From positions 68,696,001 to 68,760,000 of the forward strand of contig OX597815.1 of the NCBI GenBank assembly GCA_951406725.2: DNA of 64,000 nucleotides, written 5' to 3'. How positions within the stretch are numbered: the first letter of the stretch is position 1; each line of letters starts with the position of its first letter. Position numbers and translations under genes: made by a program. Below, in pieces: positions 25,356 to 38,049 of the stretch. The stretch comes from Octopus vulgaris. Lineage: Eukaryota. The notes beneath the pieces were generated by a model. The model did no database searches. It had not been told where the DNA came from and saw nothing but the letters and a program-made list of their open reading frames with translations.

Positions 25356-26841
25356 CATGTACTAGGGTCAATTAACTGTCACAGCCACTGAATTTTCCCA
25401 AAGATTCTGCTAGTGGCAAGCTGACAGAATTATTAGATTATCGGAAAAATATTTTACTAAATTTGTTCTGGCTCTTTACAGTCTGAGCTCAACTTTGCCT
25501 TTCATCCCTAAGGGGTTGATAAAATAAGTAACAGTGTAGTACTGGGGTAGATGGTATTGACTAACCTTCTCCTTCTTGTGCCAAAATTTGAAACTATTGT
25601 TGCTGTTATTATTATTATTATTATTATTGCTCTTAGCGGTATTTTGTCTATTGCTACGTTTTGAATTCAAATTCTGCTGGGGTTGACTTTGCTTTCATTC
25701 TTTCAGTGCTGATTAAATAAGTACTAGTTACATACTGGGGTCAATGTAATCGACTTAATCCCTTCCCCTAAATTTGAGGCTTTGTGCTTCCAGTAGAAAG
25801 GATTATTATTATTATTGTTACTGTCATCATTATATGCTGAATCAGAAGAGCAATGGATGAAATGCAATGTAGTGTTCTGAGTACCTTTCGTCCTCCCAGG
25901 GTCAGTAAAGTGAAGTACCAATCAAAAACTACAATCTTCCTTACTAATTTGTGGTTCTGTAGCTTTATATGAAATTCATCAATAACATGTCCCCTTTCTC
26001 AATCTGGGAAGGGTTGTCATGGTCCAATGTCCTTATTTGTAGTGACTACCCTCCTAGACAGGTTGGGGGTGGGTATCATGTTTCACTCCTAGGTTCAACT
26101 TTCCAGCACAATTTCTATGTCTGGAAGTCCTTCCTATCACCAACTTTTATACAGTGTACTGGATGAATTCTATTGTGACACCCACACTAGAGTGGATGCC
26201 ACAATAAAATAGATAATGCCAACCACCACGTTACATAAGGATGGATGGATGTAGCTTGAAAGATGCTGGTGATGAGATGTTATACTTTACCCTCAAGATA
26301 CAGGAGAGTGAGTTTGAAAATGAATACAAAGGATTGGGAAGAGTGGATGAGTAAATTTATAAAAGTGGAGGAGAATCACATGTGGTTAGAGGTGAATGTA
26401 GTAAATGAAGAACAAGGATGGAAGTGAAGTTGATAGTAAATATCAGTATGAGGGATAGGGAGAAGAAAAAGTAAAAGCAGCTCATGAAGAAGGAGGTGAT
26501 AAGTGGTAGTACAGAAAGGGTAGAGTTATAATAAAACTGTAGATAAATGAGAAAATAGAAACAATTATATTGAGAGGGAGTTTATTCATGAGAGCAATCC
26601 CTATCTGTGGATATGCTTTTGTGAGTTGTTAATTGTGCTTCTATGGATTGCCAAGATAATATGTTTTGTTATTTGCTCTCAGTTTAGCTTTTCTATAAAT
26701 TTATTACCCTCATATTTAGAAGGTAGTGTGTGTGTATGTGCATGCACATTCATAGATGACAGATAAAAAAACTTTTACTAACAGATATAAAACTAGAATC
26801 GCAGGATCTTTATGAATACAAGAGTTGCCCACCTGCACAAA

Positions 26842-26881
<40 letters not shown>

Positions 26882-29174
26882 ATAAGTTGCTTTACCCAGT
26901 TCTAATAATAAACACAAATGGATAAAGCGACTTATGGCCATCCCTATGTGTGCATACATGAATGAATGAATGAATTGATTGATGGATGGATGGATGGACC
27001 GACAGACAGGCAGGCAGACAGACAGACAGTTAGATAGACACACACAAACACACACACGATGGATTTACTTCAATTTTCACCTACCTAATTTTTTTACGGG
27101 GCTATAGCAGAAGACACTTGTCTGAGATTTCATGTAACCATATGGTTACAAAGCAAACTTAGTACTATGGCAGCATCTATCATATATGACATGTATTTGT
27201 GATACTGTTGACCAAAGATGTGAGTGAAATTTGGTAAAAAGAAACTGTATGAAAACCTGTTGGAAGGACTAATCCTCTATTAGGATAGCAGACTTCCTCC
27301 ATAGCATGGTTTAACACCAACACCTGACTTTTGGGTTCCTTTAGCAAAGTATATTCTGTTGCAAGCACAGTGACCAAGACTGTCTAAGTCTAAAAAAAGA
27401 TAACTCGCTACATTTTCCTAAAGGTTGTAGGAGAGAAAAAAAGGGATTCTGAGATAGACAAATACCTGAAACATTTTGCATTTTCTATGGAGACAGATGC
27501 AGACATGGTTTTGGGTTCAGTCCTGCTGTGTGACACCTTGAGCAAGTGTCTTCTACAACAACCCCAGGCCAACAAAAGCCCTGTGAGTTGATTTGGTAAA
27601 TAACCCAGTATGTGTGTGCATGCACATGTGCTTGTATCTCCATGTTTTGATACTGCATGATAGCTGTAAATGAAAGTCACATGAGAATGTATCTGACAAT
27701 GGAGAAATATTACCTTACTTGGAAATAGGTCAGGGTTGGCAATACAAATGACATCTGGTTGTAGAAAATCTGCTTCAATAAACTCCATCTAACCCATGCA
27801 ATTATTGAAAAATGAACACTAAAACAATGATGATGACAGGTATAGCCATGTGGATAAGAATTTCACTTCACAAGCACGTGCTTCCAGGTTTCATTACACT
27901 ATGTGACACCTTAAGCTAGAGTTTTCTTCTGCATCCTTGGGTCAACATATATTTTGTGATTACAGTGTGAGACAGAACTATGCAGAAGCTCAGTGTGTGT
28001 TTATTTACATTGGTATCTCAAAGAACGCAATTTAGTGATTTGATAAAACACGTAACCAATAGAAATAAGAGCTAGGGTCAACAATGACCAAAGCCCTTGA
28101 AAGTGGTGCCGCACCTTGGCCACAGTCTAATGACTTTAAAGCATAAAAGAGCAACAGGTCTGCAGAGAGATAAAGAATCTATCCATCTACTATTCCTGGA
28201 AGAGTCATGGGGATAAAGTGCTCAGGCCCCCTCCTCTGGAGGGTCCTATCAGAAGCAACAATCATTACACTTTCCTGCTGAAATCAACTGAGACTCTGGA
28301 TATTATGCAACCCTCTTGTTCTTGGTCTATTCCTAGGTCTTTTGCAAAAAGGTGGCTCAGATTGAAGAATATGTCCTGTGATTCTTTCCTGAGACATTCT
28401 ATTTACATTTCCATTGTACCAGAACTGTGACCTCTCAATTCAGAGAAATAGAGGCTCAACCTGGTCTTCAAGCTACATAAGTTATCAAGTAAGATGGCTC
28501 CAGAGATCCTTTAGAGAAACCCCATTTCAGCTGTGTGTACTTGCAATCATACACTCTTGGAGAGACAACTAGCCTAGCTACTTTCTTTAAAATTTAATTC
28601 ATTACTGTTAATTGAAACATTGACATTATAACTAAATTCAGTAAGTCAGATTATTTTCAATATCTCATTAAAAAGTCTGTAAGAGTAACATTAGAAAATT
28701 AGTCTTTTGTTGCATGACTGTTATACTAATGACCAAGATTGAAAATTAAAATACCATGTGTTGCAACTTCCACATCAACATCTACATGCTACCAAAAACA
28801 AGAAAAGAAGACCCAGACATTTGTAAACCTGGGTAAATAATGAACACCTGTGTACAGTAAGCATTACAGCATGTGAGGGTAAGTCTCTGATACAGGTTTG
28901 AAGCCCAGTTGAGCTGTTTCACTTCAAAGCTTCAAATTTGCATCAGAGGTAGTAGCAAGCATATCTGTGATAAGAAGTTTGTTTCCCAACTAAATAGCTC
29001 TGGGTTCAGTCCCACTGTGTAGCACCTTGGGCAAGGATCTTCAACTATAGTCTAAGGTCAACCAAAGCCTTGTGAATTAAGGGGTTTTTAAGGCAATTAG
29101 GATGAGACTTAGCCTAGATGAGATGCAGTTTGGTTTTGTGCCAGGCAGAAGCTCCACTGATGCTATATTTCTGT

Positions 29175-29645
29175 CATTTGAGTAAATTGTCATCCAAGCT
29201 GATGTTTCTTGGTAATTAAACTTATTTTGCAACACTTGTGCATATTTATCAGCTTTCTTTTTGTTGATAATTCTTATCAACAACTTTTTCCCTGATCCTA
29301 ATTTGAGAAGACATACAGAAGTATGCTAAAAATCGGGCATAATCTCGTGGGAAAGAAATGTAAAATAAAGTTTATTATAACCAACACAAACACTTCATAA
29401 GTTAACAGCTTCCAATGAATGTGATACCTGTTAAACAGAAATTATTTTTATCTAATGAAAATTTAAGTGAAATTATGCTAAATACAACTAAATTGGAAAC
29501 CTTTTCTCCCTGGCCATTATTGGCAATTCTGAAAACTTCTGGGTGTGAATTTTACACAAATAGAAGATTCTTTTTAACAATTTTTATCCTGAAAATCACC
29601 TGCATAAATTACACAGGTGCGCAAATTACATGGGTTTTTACGGTA
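29175..29645. mobile_element. Non-autonomous DNA transposon (TACCGTA-type end, pogo/Tigger-like) inserted into an RTE
   Basis: Terminus TA|CCGTAAAAACCC on the minus strand at ~29645 interrupts RTE RT exactly after ...VIVQL; a matching terminus lies at 29081-29095. Confidence 0.5.
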
Positions 29646-31023
29646 GTTGAACTATCACTCTCACTGTAACTTTCATCCCCTGATCCAATAATTTGATACC
29701 CCTGTAGTTATTTCTATGTAAAGCATCACCTTTACCTTTGTAGCAGTAGACTATGGTGCTGCTACACCAGTCATTGGGTATGACTCTTTCATGAACTACC
29801 TGACTTACGATGCAGGTGACAAGACCATATCCCACACAGCCCGATATTTTAAGCATCTCAGTGGTGATTCCTGATGGGCCAGATACTTTCCCTGTCTTCA
29901 TATCCTTAATTACTTTATCTACCAGGGTACTGTCAATTTGGGTAGCTGTTCCCTCAATTGGGTCAACCTTCGGCAGACTCTCCTGTTCCCATCCCTTCTC
30001 CACATTCAGCAGTCTTTCATAATGGCATCTCCAAGCCTCTTTCTCTGCAGAATCATTAAACATAAGGGCACCATCATCCATGTGGACACGTTTCTCTTCT
30101 ATGACATCACGGTTTTCTCTCACACACTGTCTTGCAATCCAAAATACTTCAGTTCTTTGGTCCTTATGTTGCTGAACATTGGCAAACTTTTTCTTTTCTG
30201 CTATTCCCTTGGCTATATATACCTGTCTCTAGCTTCCCTTTTGGCTATCTGATACAGCCTCCTACTACCACCACTCTTCCAGGCCTGTTTCTTTGCTCTA
30301 ATGGCCCTGTCTACAGCATTGTTCCACTACCATGTTACCCTGGGTCTGGAAGGGACTTTGCACCAGCCACAGACCAAATCTGTGGCACTCAGCAAGCTGT
30401 CTCACAGGAATTCCCAGCTGCCTTTTATGTCACAGGACTGTAGCTCCTACTCCCTATCATCAAATTTCTCGGTAAAAACATCCCTAAATCTCTGACCATG
30501 TGAAGGATTCTTAAGCTTTTTGGCACCCTTCTGGCCTTGAGTCTAAAGTTACTAATAACTAGTCTATGCTAGTGGGTACATACTTCATCAGGGAAGGTCT
30601 TTGTATTTAAGAGCAACGATGTACCCCGCTGTCTGATAAAAATGAAATCTATCTGACTAGAAGAGTCACCTGATTGATCGATGGCTGGCTGGCTTCTTGG
30701 AGTTGGTGTTACGGATCAATAGGTTATTTGCATCGCAGAACTCCAGGAGCCTAGTTCCCTCGTAATTTCTGGTACCTACACCATGGAAGATACCAGGTTG
30801 CTATCTGACGTGCCTTTTAAATTCCCCAGCCACAAAGATGAGATCATTGTCACTCGTGTTTGAGGTAACCTGCAGAAGAAAAGCATAACAGTGATCTTTC
30901 TGCTCATTTGGTAGGCCCACTTGTGGGGCATGGGCAGAGAGAATTGTAGCTATACCATGCTGCAAGACAAAACTGAGTTTAGGTACTCTATCACATATGC
31001 TCACTACCTCTATGATCTTACCA
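29645..31023 (-). mobile_element. RTE LINE, endonuclease to RT N-terminal part (decayed)
   Basis: APE-like [10 protein letters not shown]...IFVAGEF and RT-proximal MKTGKVSGPSGIT, IPNDW, YKGKGDAL..NNYRGIKLL. Confidence 0.9.
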
Positions 31024-31024
31024 T

Positions 31025-31071
<47 letters not shown>

Positions 31072-31112
31072 CATACATACACATACATACATACACATAT
31101 ATGTATATATAC

Positions 31113-31155
<43 letters not shown>

Positions 31156-31348
31156 CATATATACACATACATATACATATATATACATACATAGACATAC
31201 ATACATATATACATACATATACATACATACATATATACATTTTTTTAAAAATTTATTTATCTAGTTTCAGCTCACTAGCTGTGGCCATGCTGGGGCACCG
31301 CCATACATACATGTATATATATACATATATACGTAGATACACTTACAC

Positions 31349-31379
<31 letters not shown>

Positions 31380-31441
31380 CATACATATATATGTAGATAC
31401 ACTTAATATATATACATACATATATACGTAGATACACTTAC

Positions 31442-31475
<34 letters not shown>

Positions 31476-31481
31476 ATATAT
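31024..31481. repeat. Compound (AC)n/(AT)n/(ACAT)n microsatellite
   Basis: Visible directly. Confidence 0.95.
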
Positions 31482-31698
31482 CATCATCATTTAACATGTT
31501 TTCCATGCTAGCATGGGTTAGACGGTTCAACCGGGGTCTGGAAAGCCAGGAGGCTGTGCCAGGCTCAAGTCTGATCTGGCAGTGTTTCTACAGCTGGATG
31601 CCCTTCCTAGTGCCAACCACTTCGTGAGTGTAGTGGGTGCTTTTTACATGTCACCGACACGGACACCAGTCAGGCGGTGCTGGCATCAGCCACATACG

Positions 31699-32480
<782 letters not shown>

Positions 32481-33571
32481 ACCCCTGCCTCATACAAATG
32501 TTTTGGCCCTTAACTCTGGGTACATGTCTGCTGCCACATTCTGTCTGCATTGCAACCTGTATATTCCTGGGCGGTTAAGGAGCCCCAGAGCCAAGGTACC
32601 TTGGATATCATAACTAGTTTGGACTGAGACACTTGTTGAATGTAGGGTAAATTATTCCTTCTGAAGTTCACTTTCATTCCTCTTTCACCAGATCTAGCTA
32701 GAAATGTTCTCAGCTACTTCAATCACTGCCTAAAAAACTTTGGTTCTCTTTCTCCCAAAAATTGAGATCATAGACAGATTTACCAACAAACATGATATCT
32801 TTTTACAAACCCAATTCTCAGAATAAAACTTGTTTGGCACACTAAGAATCAGATTTCTCATAAGTCAAGAAATATTTCAGTCCTGCATAAATTGATTTAT
32901 AACTCTCTTGAGAGATTACTACTGAATTGGAAACAACTGCCAAAGCACCTGTACATGAAGTAACTTCTGTACTTGTCAAGACAAATACACTGGACTACAT
33001 TCCTTACTATTTACTTTCTCCAGCACTGCAAAACATTTTAACCCTTTTGATACCACCCCAAGTTCTATAGCATAGGTTTACTATTTTAAAGTGGTCTAAA
33101 TTATAATCTTCCACAAAAATATTGTTAAATTGTTCCAGACCCCAGCTTAATAATTAGAAAGTTATTTTACTAAATTCTTCATTATTTAAAAAATTAACTG
33201 AAACAAATGCAGCCTATGCTAACAGGTTAATCATAATCCAGTTATCTAACATAAACTTGAAACTTGGTAGTCTGTATCTATCACAACTGCCTAACAACTC
33301 AGCCATGTATCAAATTCATTTGATTTTCTATAAATCAAAACGCTTCGTTGATTTTCTATATGTGGAATGATATAACTTATTTGCTTTGCTGTTTAATTTC
33401 TTATGTCAAGGTAGAAGGCAAGGCTTGTGAAAAAAAGATAAAAAAACATTTCTTGCATTAAGTGTTTCACAAAGGATATACATTTGTCACACACTTTTAC
33501 ATTACAAAACATTGACTTAAAACTGGGAGTGACGGTGATTGTGCATGTATATACATACATACATATATAAT

Positions 33572-33897
33572 ATATTGTTGTATTTTGGGATGCTCATTTT
33601 TTTTTTTGCCAAATAAACACATGCACTATATATCCATTCTTCACTCATTTATTACTGTTCTTATTCTAACTGAAGTCCATTGTCCGAAAATCTTTCATTA
33701 CTCATCTGTGACCTCTTCAGCGGCACTTTCTGTCCTCGTGTGCACCTGCTCTGCTTAGTCCATGGACTAAGCAGAGCAGGAGCACTCATGTAGATGTAAA
33801 GTGTTGCTGAAGAATAGTAATAAACAAGTGAAGAACAAATATATAGTGCATGTGTTTATTTGGAAAAAAAAAGACCATCCTGAAATATAACAACATC
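33572..33897. repeat. Nested fold-back element with perfect 36-bp central palindrome, probably Penelope-derived
   Basis: Centre CCTGCTCTGCTTAGTCCA|TGGACTAAGCAGAGCAGG; outer ~90-bp arms are reverse complements; hammerhead-like CTGAAGA...GAAA on minus strand at 33682-33726. Confidence 0.85.
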
Positions 33898-33994
33898 TGC
33901 TTCAACATACGATTTCACATCAGGAATCTTGCAAAATAAAGACATAAACATTATTTACATTTGACAGATATTTGTCCTCATCTTTGTTGTTGTT

Positions 33995-34040
33995 AACACA
34001 ATATTTCAGCTGATATACCCTTCAGCCTTCATTAGGTGCC
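33995..34040 (-). ncRNA. Minimal type I hammerhead ribozyme motif (core G to A substitution, likely inactive)
   Basis: GGCAC-CTAATGA-A-GGCTGA-AGGGTATA-TCAGCT-GAAA-TATT-GTGTT: stem I GGCAC/GTGTT, stem II GGCTGA/TCAGCT, core CUGAUGA altered to CUAAUGA. Confidence 0.7.
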
Positions 34041-34114
34041 TTGAGGAAATTTCAAACCTAGGTTCTCATTCCTAAGGTATTTCTCGCTGTTATTATTATT
34101 ATTATCATTATTCA

Positions 34115-34187
34115 GGTCACTGCTTGGAATCGAACTCAGAATCTTGGGGTTAGTAGCTCACACTCTTAACCACTACACCATATGCCC
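34115..34187 (-). promoter_or_regulatory. tRNA-like Pol III cassette inside the Penelope-like element
   Basis: ~73 nt GGGCATATGGTGTAGTGGTTAAGAG...CTACTAA...GAGTTCGATTCC...GTGACC with A box and B box, then (AAT)n; stems are imperfect, so not a functional tRNA. Confidence 0.7.
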
Positions 34188-34684
34188 ATGGGCAATTATG
34201 AAGTGAACTTTAGGGCTTATAAATCTAATATTTTCCTATACTTCCTAAATACCGGTATGCTTAGGAAGTTGTTGTGTCATAGCATATGTGCTGCTTCTTT
34301 TAGTTTTCCTATTTTCCAGTGGTGTTCTCTGTCTATTATTTTAACTTCATCCCACAGGGGGAGGTGGTCTCTATTTTTCCATACATGATCAGCTATACCC
34401 AATTTATCAATATTTCCTCGTGTCACAGCTTTGTGATGTTCGTCTACCCTTATTTTGAGGGGGCAGCATGTTTCGCCTTTGTATAACCTACCACAGCTGC
34501 ATGGGATGGAGTACATGCAGTCTTTGGTCATATTCTCTTCTATTGGTGGTTTTACTCGAAGGAGATATTTGCGAAGTGTTGTATTACTCTTGACTACTGT
34601 CCTGATGTCATATGGAGAGGCCTTTAACATAGGGTAGACAGACTGTGGACAATTTATTGGTTTCATCCCCTCTTTTCTTCATAA

Positions 34685-35618
34685 TTGGAGTGGGAAAAAC
34701 TAGAAGTAGTTGATAGCTTTCATTACCTAGGTGACCATATCAGTAGCAGGGGTGCATGCTCTAAGAACATAGCTGTTAGAATAAGAATAGCCTGAGCAAA
34801 GTTCAGAGAGCTCCTACCTCTGCTGGTAACAAAGGGCCTCTCACTCAGAGTGAAAGGTAGACTGTATGATGCATGTGTGCAAACAGCCATGCTATACAGC
34901 AGTGACTGCTGAGGACATGTGTAGGCTTTAAAGAAATGAAGCTAGTATGCTCCGCTGGATGTGTAATGTCAGTGTGCATACACAACAGAGTGTAAGCGCC
35001 CTGAGAGAAAAGTTGGACATAAGAAGCATCAGATTTGATGTGTAAGACAGATGACTGTGCTGGTATGGTCATGTGATGAGAATGGATGAGGACAGCTGTG
35101 TCACACCCTAACAGTGGAGGGAACCTGTGGAAGAGGTGGTGAAGCATGATTTTCAAATGTTGGGCCTCAAAGAAGCAATGACAAGCAACCAAGACCTTTG
35201 GAGATATACTGCACTTGAGAAGACCCAGCAAGCCTAATGAGATCATAGCTGTGGAAAATGTCAGTGTTGCATAACTGGCCCGTTTAAAAGTACCCTTCAA
35301 TCGTCAGGTAATATGCTGTGCTTGACAAGACCTGTTAAGTCAAATAAAATCATAGTTGTGACCGATGTCAGTACCACCTGAGTGGCACCTGTGCCGGTGG
35401 CATGTAATAAGCACCATTCGAGCATGGGTCAATACCAGTGCCGCCTGACTGGCACCCACTATAGTCTCAGAGTGGCTGGCATTAGGAAGAGCATCCAGCT
35501 GTAGAAACTTTGCCAAATCAGATTGGAGCCTGGTGCAGCATCCTGGCATGCCAGTCCTCAGTCAAACCGTCCAACCCAAGCCAGCATATGAAATAGACAT
35601 TTAAAAGATGATGATGAT
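34685..35618 (+). mobile_element. RTE LINE 3' part with (GAT)n tail
   Basis: EKLEVVDSFHYLGD...KFRELLPLLVTKGLSLRVKGRLYDACV; shared 3' UTR. Confidence 0.9.
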
Positions 35619-35679
35619 CATTATTATTATATATATGTATACATACATACAGACACACACATATACAGATATGTATATA

Positions 35680-35764
<85 letters not shown>

Positions 35765-35936
35765 CTAAGCAATAAAGGGTTTATTGCTTAGTATTACTTA
35801 AATTTTCCTCAAATGAGGCTTTTACATGCCGAAGACTACTTGGTGTAATTGATAATTATTCCAAATTAATTAATTTCACCCTTCATTATTACGGATATAT
35901 ATATATATATATATATAGGGAGAGAGAGAGATGTAT

Positions 35937-35973
<37 letters not shown>

Positions 35974-35974
35974 A

Positions 35975-38045
35975 AAAGACAGGGAAAGCCCCTGGCCCAT
36001 CAGGAATCACCGCAGAGATGCTCAAAATATCTGGCAGTCTTGGCTATAGGCTAGTCACGCGTATAGTTAACTAGGTGATACACAAAGGAGTCATATCCAA
36101 AGACTGGTAAAGCAGAACCATACTCAACTGCTACAAAAGTAAAAGTGACGCTTTAGATACAAATAATTACAGAGGTATTAACTTATTGGATCAGGTAATG
36201 AAGGTCACGGAGAGGGTCATAGCCCAACTAATTAGAGAGCGAGTCAGTTTAGAGGAGATGCAGTTTGGGTTCGTGACAGGGAAAAACACCACTGATGCTA
36301 TATTTCTGGTAAGACAGCTGCAGAAGAAATACCTAGCTTTTGTTGACATATAGAAAGCCTTTGACAAGGTCCCCTGATCCCTTATCCAGTGGTCAGTGAG
36401 GAAACTGGGGATAGATGAATAGTTAGTGAGAGCTGTGCAAGCCATGTACAAGGATGCTGTCAGTAAGTTGAGGGTTGGCAACGAGTACAGTGAAGAATTC
36501 CATGTAGAGGTAGGGTCCACCAAGGTTCAGTCCTCAGTCCCCTTCTATTTATCCTAGTCCTCCAGGCAATAATAGAGGAATTCAAGACTTCTCTATGCCG
36601 ATGACCTTGCTCTAATTGCTGAGTCACTATCAGAACTAGAGAAGTTTCAGGTATGGAAGCAAGGATTAGAATCGAAGGGCCTTAGAGTCAACCTAGCTAA
36701 AACCAAAGACTTAATAAGTAGGAAGGCAGATAAACCACAAATCCCTTCAGGTAGATGGCCCTGCTCGATCTGTAGAAAAGGCGTAGGTAGAAACTCCATA
36801 AGATGTACCCGGTGTAAGCTATAGACACATAAGAAGTGCAGCAATATCAAAGAAAGGCTAACTGGGAAGATAGTTTTTGTATGTGGCAGATGCTCAGGAG
36901 CAATAAACACTGAAAATGGGCAGAGAACAACTTTTGCCTAATTCCAGGAAGAAAATCTACAAGTAGTTGATAGCTTTCGGTACCTCGGTGAACAAGTCAG
37001 TAGCTGGGGTGGGTGCACTGAAAATGTAGCTGCTTGAATAAGAATAGCCTGGGCAAAGTTCAGAGAGCTCTTATTTCTTTATTGCCCACAAGGGGCTCAA
37101 CATAGAAGGGATTAAGTCGATTACATTGACGCCAGTCTGTAACTGGTACTTAATTTATCAACCCCGAAAGGATGAGAGACAAAGTTGACCACGGCGGAAT
37201 TTGAACTCAGAACATAACGGCAAGCGAAATACTGCCAAGCATTTCGCCTGGCGTGCTAATGTTTCTGCCAGCTCGCCACCTTTGGGCATAGTTCAGAGAG
37301 CTCTTACCTCTGCTGGTGACAAAAAGCCTCCTGCTCAGAGTAAAAGATAGACTGAATGACAAATGTGTATGAACAGCTATGCTACATGGCAATGAAACAT
37401 GGGCCATGACTGCTGAGGACATGCGTAAGCTTGCAAGGAATGAAGCCAGTATGCTCCGATGGATGTGTAATGTCAGTGTGCATACTCGACAGAGTGTAAG
37501 TACCATGAGAGAAAAGTTGGAACTAAGAAGCATCAGATGTGGTGTGCAAGAGAGACGACTGCGCTGGTATGGTTATGTGGCGAGAATGAATGAGGATTGC
37601 TGTGTGAAAAAGTGCCACTCCCTAGCGGTTGAGGGAACCTGTTGAAGAGGTAGAACCAGGAAGACCTGAGATGAGGTGGTGAAGCACGACCTTCGAACAT
37701 TAGGCCTCGCCGAGGAATTTATAGAGACCGAGACCTTTGGAAATATGCTTTGCATGATAAGACCCTGCAAACCAAGTGAGACCATAACCCGTGGCCTATG
37801 CCAGGGATGTAACCAGCCCACTTATGTGTACCTTTCCTTCATTGGACACTAAACTCTGCTTGTGAAGACTTGTCGAGGCAAGTGAAATCGAAATCAAATT
37901 CGATGACTGGCATCCGTGCTAGTGGTGTGCTAAGAGCACCATCCGAGCGTGATCGTTGCCAGAGCAGCTGACTGGCTTCCGTGCCAGTGGCATGTAAAAA
38001 GCACCATTCAAGCATGATTGTTACCAGTGTCCCCTTACTGGCACT
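35975..38045 (+). mobile_element. RTE LINE (RT domain to 3' UTR), decayed, carrying a SINE insertion
   Basis: [50 protein letters not shown], then C-terminal domain. Confidence 0.93.
37074..37282 (-). mobile_element. Family A SINE inserted in RTE with 24-bp target-site duplication
   Basis: TSD TGGGCA(A/T)AGTTCAGAGAGCTCTTA at 37050-37073 and 37283-37306. Confidence 0.9.
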
Positions 38046-38049
38046 TTCA

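Larger units (their letters stand above)
33940..34668 (-). mobile_element. Penelope-like retroelement 3' fragment (GIY-YIG endonuclease plus terminal region)
   Basis: ORF 34666-34277: CMYSIPCSCGRLYKGET...RVDEH...IADHVW...W...KLKEA is the GIY-YIG/CCHH pattern of Penelope/Poseidon elements. Confidence 0.9.

Noticed and set aside
29077-29283. ORF MLIRIINKKKADKY... as an extra GOLM exon
   Set aside because: No matching splice sites; spans the antisense RTE piece and a DNA transposon remnant
34115-34187. Functional tRNA gene
   Set aside because: Acceptor and T stems are mismatched; kept only as a tRNA-derived promoter cassette
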